A stretch of DNA of 63,783 nt, filler included, from Methanobacteriota archaeon (lineage in GTDB: Archaea > JACRDV01): NCBI GenBank assembly GCA_024860865.1. It is 5 parts of 5 records of this genome, joined end to end, with 100 filler letters (N's around TTAATTAATTAA, not from the genome) between each part and the next. Parts side by side here need not be neighbours in the genome. Positions count along the whole stretch, not along the records: positions 45,198 to 57,683 come from JACRDV010000085.1; positions 57,784 to 60,690 come from JACRDV010000097.1; positions 60,791 to 63,783 come from JACRDV010000100.1; 2 more parts are not named here. One strand, written 5' to 3'. The translations under genes were made by a program, and so were the position numbers. The notes below the pieces were generated by a model. It was not told the origin of the DNA. It saw only the letters and a program-made list of their open reading frames with translations, and made no database searches. This document shows, one piece after another, positions 50,417 through 61,117 of the stretch (its first letter is position 1; the number at the start of each line of letters is the position of its first letter).

Positions 50417-50782
50417 TTATTTGTTATCGTATTTGACTCCCCTGTCCAATTCTGAGAGAACCTCTTTGATTTTTTCTTTCAACTCCGGAACTTTGTTCTT
50501 AACAATATCCCACAGAATATCAACATCCATGCCAAAATATGCGTGGATAAGAATATCTCTTAACCCAGCGATCTTTTTCCACTCTACTTCCGGTTTTTTA
50601 CTCTTAACATCATCAGGGATATTTTTTACAGACTCTCCTATGATTTCTAGGTTTCTCACAACTCCGTCTTGAATTAGTTCGTCCTTTACAAATTGTTCAA
50701 AAGTAATATTTTCTGTATATCTTTCAATCTTACGTATTGCTTCAAGAATGTCTTTGAGATATGCTCTATGCTCCCGTGGCAT
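50417..50782 (-). CDS. HEPN (DUF86/HepT) toxin
   Basis: YLKDILEAI, RNLEIIGES, GLRDILIHAYF (RX4H). Confidence 0.9.
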   Translation of the reverse strand: MPREHRAYLKDILEAIRKIERYTENITFEQFVKDELIQDGVVRNLEIIGESVKNIPDDVKSKKPEVEWKKIAGLRDILIHAYFGMDVDILWDIVKNKVPELKEKIKEVLSELDRGVKYDNK

Positions 50783-51068
50783 ACCTCGCACTCCCAACAA
50801 CATGTGGTTTCAAATCAGGTTTCAAAGCTTCAACAATTACAAGATCTACTTTGCAATTGAGTAAATCTTCTAAAAAGAATTTGAGGTCCATATAATTGTC
50901 AAAGGTCTTTCCACCCTTCTCAAATTCTATCAGAATATCTACATCACTTTCTATTTTTTGCTCGCCTCTGACATATGAGCCAAATAACCCTATCTTTTTA
51001 ACTCCGAATCTCTTAATTTTATCCATGTTTTCCTCAATTTTTCTCAATATGTCGTCGGACATTAACAT
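50766..51068 (-). CDS. Minimal nucleotidyltransferase (MntA) antitoxin
   Basis: LFGSYVRGEQKIESDVDILI. Confidence 0.9.
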   Translation of the reverse strand: MLMSDDILRKIEENMDKIKRFGVKKIGLFGSYVRGEQKIESDVDILIEFEKGGKTFDNYMDLKFFLEDLLNCKVDLVIVEALKPDLKPHVVGSARYATGA

Positions 51069-51108
51069 TCTTTACACCTCACTTATTATTGGCGGCGCGG
51101 ACATTTCA

Positions 51109-51199
51109 ACTTAACGTATGCGATTTAACGAAGTCGTGCGAAGCATGATTTGGGTGGAGAAACCTACAAGGTTTCGGAACCGTTAAATCGCTGTTAGTT
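51109..51199 (-). repeat. attC-like site 2
   Basis: Minus strand AACTAAC AGCGATTTAA...TTAAATCGC ATAC GTTAAGT. Confidence 0.7.
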
Positions 51200-51334
51200 T
51201 CCCCCGAATACTTGGAGGGGTTGGATTTTAGTGCAACGTTCCGAAGGAAAAATCCAAAGTCGTGAGGGTGCCGAAAATTTTTTGTTGCCGTAGTTTTTTC
51301 TTAATTGATATAAAATAACTGCCGGTATAACAAG

Positions 51335-51554
51335 AGAACAATACAGCAGATTATCAAGCAGGCTTCGGGAAATGCGGAATTAAGAAGAATGTAACCCCAC
51401 ATACATTGAGACATAGTTTTGCTACCCATTTGCTGGAATCTGGAGCGGATATAAGGTATATCCAGCAATTGCTGAGACACAAAGATGTGAAAACTACACA
51501 AATCTATACACATATAGCAAATAAAGACTAAAAAAGCTGGCAAACCTGTTCTAA
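51335..51554 (+). pseudogene. Tyrosine recombinase (IntI/Xer-like) C-terminal remnant
   Basis: [46 protein letters not shown]; frameshift and premature stop. Confidence 0.85.
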
Positions 51555-51731
51555 CTTTTTGAGAAATTTATAATCCAAGAAGAATTATACCAACAATAAG
51601 TTAACAGAACCTCATTTCCCTAGCCTTATATACGAGCAAAGAATTAAAAAGTTTAAATATCTTTTTAAACTGCTCTTCTATATAACTGATTTCTCCTTTA
51701 ACAATTTTATCTAAAATTTCTTCATAAAAAC

Positions 51732-53143
<1,412 letters not shown>

Positions 53144-53383
53144 TCAATTTTTATAAAATTTAGTATTCGATAAGCCTATTAACTTTTTGGGTGGCAATAT
53201 AATAATCCTAAATTTATCCCTACTTATGCCCAAAAAACCTGAAACAACTCAGAGGAAAGTATAGACTTAAACATTCCATAGAAAAAACGGAAGAGTTACA
53301 AGAAAAGCAAGTTAGGCAAAGAACTTGAGAGTAATTCTGCCTTTAAAAAATTGGGCAATAACCTTTAAATAAGTGAGTACGAA

Positions 53384-54148
53384 CTAAATTTTCCTTGCAA
53401 AAGTTAAGTACCCAGTATGCCCAACCATTCTTGTCTTGGGGCGTGTACCCCTTTTTGTTACTTCAATTTCGCGTGTTAAGCATTCTATAGTTTTTATTTC
53501 TTGGAGAGAGTATCGATGTAAAGCCTCATTAACTTTTTGCACTTGCTCAATAAAAGGAGAGTAAATAACAACATAGCCCCCAGCTTTTAAAGCAGATTTA
53601 GCATGTTCTATTACTTTTTCAGGACTGGATAGATCAAGTGTAATTAAATCAACTTCATTCTCTTCAAATCCTTGGGTTACGTCTTTATTTTTAACAGTAA
53701 TAATATGGTTCAAACCAACTAGCTCAATATTTCTTTTTGCAATTTCTATAAATTCAGACTTAATCTCATAAGTAATAACTTTTCCATTTGGTTGAACTAA
53801 GTAGCCAAGATATATTGCTAAAGCTCCAGACCCAGTGCCAGCATCTAAGATAAAATCACCAGGTCCAACCCCGGTTCCAGCAACAATTTGTCCAACATCT
53901 TTCGATAGAACAATCGTTCCGGGGCGCTCAATTTTAGATATTAGATCAGAAATTCTTGGCTTTATTATTTTAAAGGTTCTACCGAGATGAGATTGAATTT
54001 CCTCACCGTAGTCTTTTTTTAAGAGTTCGCTAAGTCTAATTTTACCAAAATCAGTGTGAAATTCTTTAGCAGGGTCAACTCTTACTAGATACTTTTTTGA
54101 TCGTTGATCAAATAGCAAAACTACTTCGCCGAGTTTCAGGAAGCCCAC
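53384..54148 (-). CDS. trmI: tRNA (adenine-57/58-N1)-methyltransferase
   Basis: DAGTGSGAL, LDL, TRP..RMVGHTGYL. Confidence 0.92.
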   Translation of the reverse strand: MGFLKLGEVVLLFDQRSKKYLVRVDPAKEFHTDFGKIRLSELLKKDYGEEIQSHLGRTFKIIKPRISDLISKIERPGTIVLSKDVGQIVAGTGVGPGDFILDAGTGSGALAIYLGYLVQPNGKVITYEIKSEFIEIAKRNIELVGLNHIITVKNKDVTQGFEENEVDLITLDLSSPEKVIEHAKSALKAGGYVVIYSPFIEQVQKVNEALHRYSLQEIKTIECLTREIEVTKRGTRPKTRMVGHTGYLTFARKI

Positions 54149-54402
54149 CTGTAAAACAGCATAAAAGTCACCACTATCAAAATTATAGCCAAACCTAGGA
54201 CTACTGCGAGGGACTTGGTGTCAGTCCCAAAGCCAATAGGAATTGGCCCGATTAATATAACCCCTCCTCCTCGAACTTGGGTTTCTTTGGTTTTTGCGCT
54301 TTCAAGCATCCCAAACAAAATACCAACAAAAATAAGCAAAAATCCAATAATAATTACAGCAAGTCCGAGCAAAATCAATAGACTCGCCTTCACTTGATAC
54401 AC
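54136..54402 (-). CDS. DUF131/TIGR00304 membrane protein
   Basis: RGGGVILIGPIPIGFGTD. Confidence 0.85.
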   Translation of the reverse strand: MYQVKASLLILLGLAVIIIGFLLIFVGILFGMLESAKTKETQVRGGGVILIGPIPIGFGTDTKSLAVVLGLAIILIVVTFMLFYRWAS

Positions 54403-54462
54403 CTCATAAATTTATTATACAAGCGCGGTATTTAAGTATCCAGCGCGTCTTGGTGCTTTCTT

Positions 54463-55350
54463 ATGATCGATATAAAGCCTATTGACCTAAAGAAGTTAAT
54501 AGTTATCCCTATTGTAATTTTAATACTTTCAGTAGTTTCTATTTTCTACTTAGGGGTAGATAGAGGCATTGATTTTGAAGGGGGCACCCTTGCTGTCATT
54601 AAATTGAATACACAAATTGACACGTCTGCTATTGAATCAAAGTTTAAAGATACTCTAAAAACTTCAGATATAAAAGTTCTTAGTGCAGGTGAAGATAAAG
54701 CATTTGTTGAAATCGCGCGACTAGAAGTTAGTGAAGAAAAGATTAATGAAATTTTAGGTGAAATAGGCAAAGCCGAATCCACTAAGCGAGTCGGAGCAAC
54801 TATTAGCGAAAAATTTTGGGGACAGGCGATTAGAGCCTTAATAATTGGTTATGTGTTAATGGCTCTTGTTGTTTTAATTGCCTTTAGAACTATAGTTCCA
54901 TCCTTTGCTGTTATGCTTTGCGCTTTCTCTGACATAGTTGTGGCTCTCGGAGGAATGGCTCTATTTAATATTCCTCTTTCGCTGGCCTCGATAGCAGCTC
55001 TGTTAATGTTGATTGGTTATTCTGTTGATACTGATATTTTATTAACAACTCGAATTGTAAAAACCAAAATTGGAACTTTTGATGAGCGAATGGGTGCTGC
55101 AATGAAAACTGGATTAACAATGACATTTACTGCAATTGCTGCGGTTGGAATGCTTTATATTTTTTCTTCTACAAGTTCACTAGCTTATTATCTTGGAACG
55201 ACTCCATCAACTGAGCTCAGCCAAATCACATCTGTTTTGATTATTGGGTTAGCAGGAGATATACCGAATACTTGGATTCAAAATACTTACATCTTAAAGA
55301 TGTATTTAGAGCGCATTGAGCGCAAAATACCGAGGAAGAAAAAGAAATGA
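54463..55350 (+). CDS. secF: Protein translocase subunit SecF
   Basis: GIDFEGGT, IGYSVDTDILLTTR. Confidence 0.95.
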   Translation: MIDIKPIDLKKLIVIPIVILILSVVSIFYLGVDRGIDFEGGTLAVIKLNTQIDTSAIESKFKDTLKTSDIKVLSAGEDKAFVEIARLEVSEEKINEILGEIGKAESTKRVGATISEKFWGQAIRALIIGYVLMALVVLIAFRTIVPSFAVMLCAFSDIVVALGGMALFNIPLSLASIAALLMLIGYSVDTDILLTTRIVKTKIGTFDERMGAAMKTGLTMTFTAIAAVGMLYIFSSTSSLAYYLGTTPSTELSQITSVLIIGLAGDIPNTWIQNTYILKMYLERIERKIPRKKKK

Positions 55351-56573
55351 AGCGAGAAATTTTACTTTTGGTTATTGCACTATTGGTTTCCGTTGCAGCA
55401 ATGGGTTATCGATATGCTGAGTGGGGTTCGCCTGTAAAAACGGGATTAGACATTCAAGGCGGAACTAAAGTTATTTTAAAACTAGAAAAACAAGTTGCAA
55501 TTGAAGAAATGGAAACTATTAGGAGCATTTTGCAAACCAGATTGAACTCATATGGATTAAAGGATATTAAAGTTAGAGCTTGGGGTGACCAATTCGTTAG
55601 CGTTGATATTGCTGGAGCAACTCCTGAAGAAGCAGAAGGGATAATTGGAAAGCCAGGCAAACTAGAAGTTAAAATGAAAAATATAACAGCTTTTACTGGA
55701 GGTGAACTCAAAGCTGTTTATGCACCGACAATTGAGGCTTTCCCAACAAGAACATGGGGAATCCCGTTCACACTTAATGATGAAGGCGCAAAAAAATTCA
55801 TGGAGGTTGCAGTTGAGACAAAGGCTACTGACAATCGATCAATTCCAGTTGATATGTACTTGGACGATAAGCTCGTGAATAGCGCTCCAATTTCTCCGGA
55901 ATTGGGACAAGATCTTGAACGTGGAACGCAACAAAGAGAACTTGTGATAACTACAGGTGGCGTAGATGAAGCTGCAAAAAAAGAGGCTTACCGAATATAC
56001 GCAATTCTTCGATCAGGTTCACTTCCAGTGAAAATAGAAATTGTAAGTATCAGTGGAGTTTCACCTTTCCTTGGCAGACAATTTGTTAGGGTGGCAGGGT
56101 TGGCAGGCATAGCCGCAATCATTGTAATTACATTAATTATTTTTGTTCGGTATCGTAGGCCAAAGATAACATGGCCAATTATGTTTACCTGTTTAAGCGA
56201 GGCTATAATTATTCTTGGTGTAGCAGCGATCATTAAGTGGGATATCGACTTGCCTTCAATCGCTGGTATACTCGCTGCAATTGGAACTGGAGTTGATAAT
56301 CAAATAGTTATAACAGACGAAGTTTTGAGAGGAAAAATTGAAGAGAAACGGCTCAGCATGCGAGCTAGAATTGAACGTGCACTTTTTATAATTTTTACTT
56401 CAGCAGCTACAATTATAGTTGCAATGTTGCCGCTAGCTTTCCTAGCAATGGGGGCTATAAGTGGATTTGCTGTGACCACAATTATCGGCGTAATCGTTGG
56501 GGTATTTATAACCCGACCAGCTTATGCCCAAATTATAAGGCAACTTCTTGAAATGGAAGCTAGTGAAGCCTGA
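55347..56573 (+). CDS. secD: Protein translocase subunit SecD
   Basis: GLDIQGGT, LRSGSLP, IGTGVDNQIVITDE. Confidence 0.95.
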   Translation: MKREILLLVIALLVSVAAMGYRYAEWGSPVKTGLDIQGGTKVILKLEKQVAIEEMETIRSILQTRLNSYGLKDIKVRAWGDQFVSVDIAGATPEEAEGIIGKPGKLEVKMKNITAFTGGELKAVYAPTIEAFPTRTWGIPFTLNDEGAKKFMEVAVETKATDNRSIPVDMYLDDKLVNSAPISPELGQDLERGTQQRELVITTGGVDEAAKKEAYRIYAILRSGSLPVKIEIVSISGVSPFLGRQFVRVAGLAGIAAIIVITLIIFVRYRRPKITWPIMFTCLSEAIIILGVAAIIKWDIDLPSIAGILAAIGTGVDNQIVITDEVLRGKIEEKRLSMRARIERALFIIFTSAATIIVAMLPLAFLAMGAISGFAVTTIIGVIVGVFITRPAYAQIIRQLLEMEASEA

Positions 56574-57683
56574 GGATATGGAATTCAGAAAAACGAGCCT
56601 TGGAATTATTCTTCGTGACTTAGGTTCAACGCTCTTATTACTTCCAATTTCTTTCATAGTACCAATTGTTATAGCGATTATATACAAAGAATTTGATCTG
56701 ACCATAATATTTTTGATTCCAGCAATTATTGTTTTTATAGTTGGATATGCTTTTAAAAGATTTTTTTATAGTGAAGAGCCAGCTAGGCTTAGACATGCTA
56801 TGGCAGTTTCAGCGTTGTTATATTTCTTTGCCATGCTTTTTGGCGCTATTCCATTAGCCTTCTGGCAAATGTCATATATGGATGCTTGTTTTGAAGCAAT
56901 GTCAGGTTGGAGTACAACCGGTTTAACCATGATGCTCAAACCAGAACTTGCCCCGAGATCAATTCTATTTTACAGGAGCTTTATTCAATGGGTAGGTGGA
57001 GCTGGTATAATTGTTTTGATGTTAACTATTTTATCACGGCCAGGATTGACAACATTTGCTCTTTATAGAGCAGAAGCTAGAGAGGAAAGAATTAGACCCA
57101 GTATTTTTGGAACTGCGCGAACAATATGGTGGATTTATCTAATTTTCACTGGACTTAGCATATTGCTATTCTGGATGGCTGGCATGTCGATTTTTGATTC
57201 AATCAACCATGCTATGACTGGAATTGCAACAGCTGGGTTCTCCACACATGGCGCAAGCATTGGAGCTTATAATAACCAACTTGTAGAGATAGTGGCTATA
57301 ATCATAATGTGTTTAGGCGCTATTAACTTTGGGGTTCATTATAGAGCAATAACAAGATCTCCTTCAGAATATCTACATGATCCAGAAACAATTAGTTTAT
57401 TAGTAATTATTTTAGGGTTCATTCCTCTGATATTTTTTGGTACCTTTAAGATTTTTGGTAATATCTCAGAAACTTTTCGTCATTCACTTTTTCAAGCTTT
57501 TTCATGTTTAACAACTACTGGTTTCCAATCAACTGATTTAAAAAATTGGGGAGATTTTTCAAAAGTTGTGATGGGCACTTTAATGGTAATAGGGGCATCA
57601 ACAGGGTCCACATGTGGTGGAATAAAATTAATGCGCGTAATTGTGCTAGCAATAGTTACTAGATGGCAAGTAACTAGAATTCT
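56548..57683 (+). CDS. trkH: Trk potassium uptake permease, partial
   Basis: FEAMSGWSTTGL, QWVGGAGI, ATAGFS, GSTCGGIK. Confidence 0.92.
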
Positions 57684-57783
57684 NNNNNNNNNNNNNNNNN
57701 NNNNNNNNNNNNNNNNNNNNNNNNNNNTTAATTAATTAANNNNNNNNNNNNNNNNNNNNNNNNNNNNNNNNNNNNNNNNNNNN
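57684..57783. other. Artificial contig linker
   Basis: N/TTAATTAATTAA/N. Confidence 0.99.
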
Positions 57784-57975
57784 AGTAAGTCAGAGGTTAT
57801 TAGGTCTGGAATTAGAAAAATAGGCGAAGAGCATGGATTAATTTCGACTGATGCAAGGTACCAGATAAAAAAGCTACAGTCAATTGTTAGGAAAAAAAGT
57901 CCAGACGAGATAATGGACAAATTAGATAAAATTAGCGAGGAAATTTGGAAGAAGAGGAAAAAGATTTATGCCTAG
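57784..57975 (+). CDS. RHH-type antitoxin, 5'-truncated
   Basis: SKSEVIRSGIRKIGEEHG...; overlaps start of PIN gene. Confidence 0.65.
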   Translation, partial: SKSEVIRSGIRKIGEEHGLISTDARYQIKKLQSIVRKKSPDEIMDKLDKISEEIWKKRKKIYA

Positions 57976-58404
57976 GGTGCTCCTCGATACAAATGTTTTT
58001 ATTTTTGCTATTGAGCACCCAAGGTCAAATTCTAATATAGCAATCGAGATGGCTATAGATGGTGAAATAGAAGTTATTGTTTCTGAGGAAATAAAACTTG
58101 AGCTAATTGGATATCTAAAGTCTGAATATGGTAGGGATACAGAATATTATGCCAATCTTTTTCTAGAGAATCTCCCTTCCTTGAAAATAGTCGAATCAAG
58201 AAACGCCAAAAACACATGGGCAAATTTAAAGGCAGAATAAAAGAAAAAGATCTTTCTCATCTTACTGCGGCAGAAATTTCAAAAGTTGACTATATCGTAT
58301 CATGCGACAGAGATTTTAAAAAGGCAAAAACTAAAATCGCAGTTCTAACGCCGAAGGAGTTTGCTAAAAAATTTGGAATTAAGCCGTTTGAGAGCGAATA
58401 CTAG
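57968..58404 (+). pseudogene. PIN-domain toxin split by 1-nt frameshift in an A run (~58207-58211)
   Basis: LLDTNVFI in ORF1 and KDLSHL..DYIVSCDRDF in ORF2. Confidence 0.75.
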
Positions 58405-58746
58405 TTATGTGGATTTCATTTAATTTCTGAGTTATCTAAAAGAAATTTAGAAATTTTAATTTGATTATGGATTGCTTAATATCTACAAAATGAACTTCAG
58501 CAGGTTCATCATACAATCTAAACTATTTTCAAATTCTCACTATTATTTGTTATAGTTACCGATATCTATCTTAGCAAATGATTTCGAGCTTTGAATTTTT
58601 AAATTTTTAAATTTATGCATACATTTCTCTATTGAGAGAAATTGCAATTGAATTAGCCCTGGGTAGAGTCATAAGCCAGTTACAACATTGAAGTCAGCTG
58701 ATCGAAAAACTTTAGTAAAACTTTCTTAAATAAGCAACGATGACTT

Positions 58747-59385
58747 TTATCTTTCTTTGAGTTTTTGCAAATCCAAACCAAAATGTTCGATTTTTAAAAA
58801 ATTTTCAGCTATTTCTAAATCTTCAATCGTATTAATATTAAAAATTAAATTTAGATCTCTGGCAATGAAAACAACTTCTTCTTGTTCACCAGCAATTTGC
58901 CCATTAACAATATTGATCCCAATTGGAACAACTTGAATTCCATTCCAAGTTAAAATGGTGCTTGGTTTTAAACCTACTTTTGAAAAAATATCAAGTGGCG
59001 CAACTACACTTAGAGCTGGGAATGAAGATCTTTTATAAAATTCTATTATGCTATCAATAAATGCTCCGGATAAGAATGGAAGATCTGCACTAATAGTTAA
59101 AATAACTTCAAACTTATAGTTTTTAATAATATATTTCAAATCTGAGCAGTATTCCTCGCCGGGGGTCTCTATCGCCTTAACCCCAAAGGATTTAACGAAT
59201 TTCGCTGTTTTCGGAGTAAATTTGCTTACAGCAACTATTATTTCATCTATATTTTTCGCAGTCTTAACTGCACTGATTACTCTCTCAATCAAAGTTTTTC
59301 CTTGGATTTTTAGCAAAGGCTTTTCTTCATTTATCTTTAATCGCTTGCCCTTTCCGCCAGCCATTATCAAAGCAGTTACAGCCAT
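58747..59385 (-). CDS. cobY: Adenosylcobinamide-phosphate guanylyltransferase
   Basis: ALIMAGGKGKRL..EKPL, TPKT, SADLP, PIGIN, NINTIEDL; follows cobS. Confidence 0.8.
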   Translation of the reverse strand: MAVTALIMAGGKGKRLKINEEKPLLKIQGKTLIERVISAVKTAKNIDEIIVAVSKFTPKTAKFVKSFGVKAIETPGEEYCSDLKYIIKNYKFEVILTISADLPFLSGAFIDSIIEFYKRSSFPALSVVAPLDIFSKVGLKPSTILTWNGIQVVPIGINIVNGQIAGEQEEVVFIARDLNLIFNINTIEDLEIAENFLKIEHFGLDLQKLKER

Positions 59386-59618
59386 TTTAAAATCCCAACT
59401 AGAACTATTAATGTTGAAAGTCTTGCAAATTCATTTTTGATACAATAGATTATTTTGTCAAGGATTTCGGATAGTGTTTGTACGCTTGCATCCATCTCTC
59501 TCTTTTTAGACCCAAGCGTTTTGCATTTTCCCACTTTTTTTCTTTTCTCTATCTCATCCGCATATGGGCATAAGAATAAGCAATCCTCAGAATTTCTGGC
59601 ACTACTGTCAATCCTTTT

Positions 59619-60131
59619 TTAATTTTTTATTAATTTTTTAGCTCTTTGTATTACTTTTCTGCACAAGTCTTTGTTAATCCAGATGTCCTCGCGGTAGATT
59701 ATCTCTTCAACCATAGATTCGAAATGTTTAAAATCTATTATTCCATTTTTGAACGAGTCATATAAAACTCCAAGAGTCCCTTTAACCTTTAAACCCGCCC
59801 TCTTAGCTTCCATCCTCGCATACCAGTCGTCCATCAGCACTAAGTCGGCTTTTTCTTGGAGAGCTAAACAAATGGTTTCAATTTCTCCTATGTCTATTTC
59901 AAATTTGAACTTTTGTTTTCTCCGCGGAGCATCTTTTATCGTGAGAATGCTTTGTTCTACAAGGCGCTTAATTCTTAAGGCATCAACATGTCCTTTTTCT
60001 ATACCACGTGTAACAGCTTCTGTATACACTTCTCTGGAAATCAGTATTCTCTCATAATTTTTTGACAACAAATGCAGGGCGTTTAATCTGCCCAGTGCTA
60101 TAAGAGGCCCAGCATTGCAAACTACCTTCAT
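59619..60131 (-). CDS. DUF3368 PIN-like protein
   Basis: VVCNAGPLIAL, GEIETI, LMDD, GTLGVL. Confidence 0.88.
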   Translation of the reverse strand: MKVVCNAGPLIALGRLNALHLLSKNYERILISREVYTEAVTRGIEKGHVDALRIKRLVEQSILTIKDAPRRKQKFKFEIDIGEIETICLALQEKADLVLMDDWYARMEAKRAGLKVKGTLGVLYDSFKNGIIDFKHFESMVEEIIYREDIWINKDLCRKVIQRAKKLIKN

Positions 60132-60394
60132 CTGGTTTCATCTTCCAACATTTCCTCGTTAACTTTTGGTTTGAGACCATGAACGGAAGCATGGATAATC
60201 ATCTCTCTCAAAGGAACACCTGCCATTCTCGCTGCCTTCCAGAGAGATATTTTCCCTGTTTTAAAAATTGCTAATGCCTCTTCTATTTTAACCTGTTTTG
60301 CGCCTATTTCTATCAATTTCTCTATTAGTGCCTCGTCTTTTATAGCCAGCTGATCCAACAGCTTTTTAGAAACTTTGATTTGAACAGTTGCCAT
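60128..60394 (-). CDS. UPF0175 antitoxin-like protein
   Basis: GKISLWKAARMAGVPLREM. Confidence 0.88.
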   Translation of the reverse strand: MATVQIKVSKKLLDQLAIKDEALIEKLIEIGAKQVKIEEALAIFKTGKISLWKAARMAGVPLREMIIHASVHGLKPKVNEEMLEDETR

Positions 60395-60612
60395 GTTGCC
60401 ACCTAAGTTTATCTCCGCTTCAAGAAGATATAAAAGTAACTTTGCAATTGAGCTGAAGTACTATTTCAATACGAAGAGAGAGCAGATACCGTTTCTAATT
60501 GCTTTTGGAAAGAGCAGTTCAGATGATTTAAAGAAGAAAAAGAATGAAAAATATACCAATTTTGTTTTAAAGTTTAATCGCTCGCCTTTTCCGCCAGTCA
60601 TTATTAAAGCAG

Positions 60613-60690
60613 TTACAGCCATTTTAAAATCCCAACTAGAACTATTAATGTTAAAAGTCTTGCAAATTCATTTGTTGCTCCAAAAACATC
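60613..60690 (-). CDS. cobS: Cobalamin synthase 3' end, partial
   Basis: DVFGATNEFARLLTLIVLVGILKWL*, matching the GD..GA..E C-terminal motif; upstream of cobY. Confidence 0.7.
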   Translation of the reverse strand, partial: DVFGATNEFARLLTLIVLVGILKWL

Positions 60691-60790
60691 NNNNNNNNNN
60701 NNNNNNNNNNNNNNNNNNNNNNNNNNNNNNNNNNTTAATTAATTAANNNNNNNNNNNNNNNNNNNNNNNNNNNNNNNNNNNNNNNNNNNN
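60691..60790. other. Artificial contig linker
   Basis: N/TTAATTAATTAA/N. Confidence 0.99.
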
Positions 60791-60960
60791 CCATTTAGTG
60801 TTAATGAATTAGAGACTCTTCTCACCAAGTATCGTCTAAGGAATGTGAGGGTAAGACCGTTAAAACATTGGGTTATTGGAGTGTGTGAAAAGTGAATTTA
60901 ATTTGCGGGCTTCGGGCAACTCTGCGGACACTTCGTGTCCTTGCCTCGCTTTGCTCGGTC

Positions 60961-61040
60961 ACTTAACAGCGGATAAAAGGCTTCGCTACGCTTCGCCTAA
61001 ATTGCCTTCGGCAACTTCTTTTATCCGCAATCCGTTATAC
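60961..61040 (+). repeat. attC-like site 3
   Basis: ACTTAAC AGCGGATAAAA...TTTTATCCGC AATCC GTTATAC; homologous to site 1 including upstream hairpin arm 60905-60960. Confidence 0.7.
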
Positions 61041-61117
61041 CAACAATAAGTTAACAGAACCATAGAAAGAAAAATTAATTTATGGAATTTGTTTTGGTTT
61101 TAGCTCTATAAAATTTT

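Larger units (their letters stand above)
49776..51657. repeat. 22-bp direct repeat GCAAAGAATTAAAAAGTTTAAA bounding a 1.9-kb island
   Basis: Copies at 49776-49797 and 51636-51657. Confidence 0.8.
59336..60673. repeat. 101-bp direct repeat (59336-59436 / 60573-60673) flanking TA module
   Basis: 5 mismatches counted; spans cobS 3' end and cobY 5' end. Confidence 0.9.

Noticed and set aside
58200-58220. PIN frameshift as an intron
   Set aside because: Explained by one missing A in a homopolymer; no inserted hairpin
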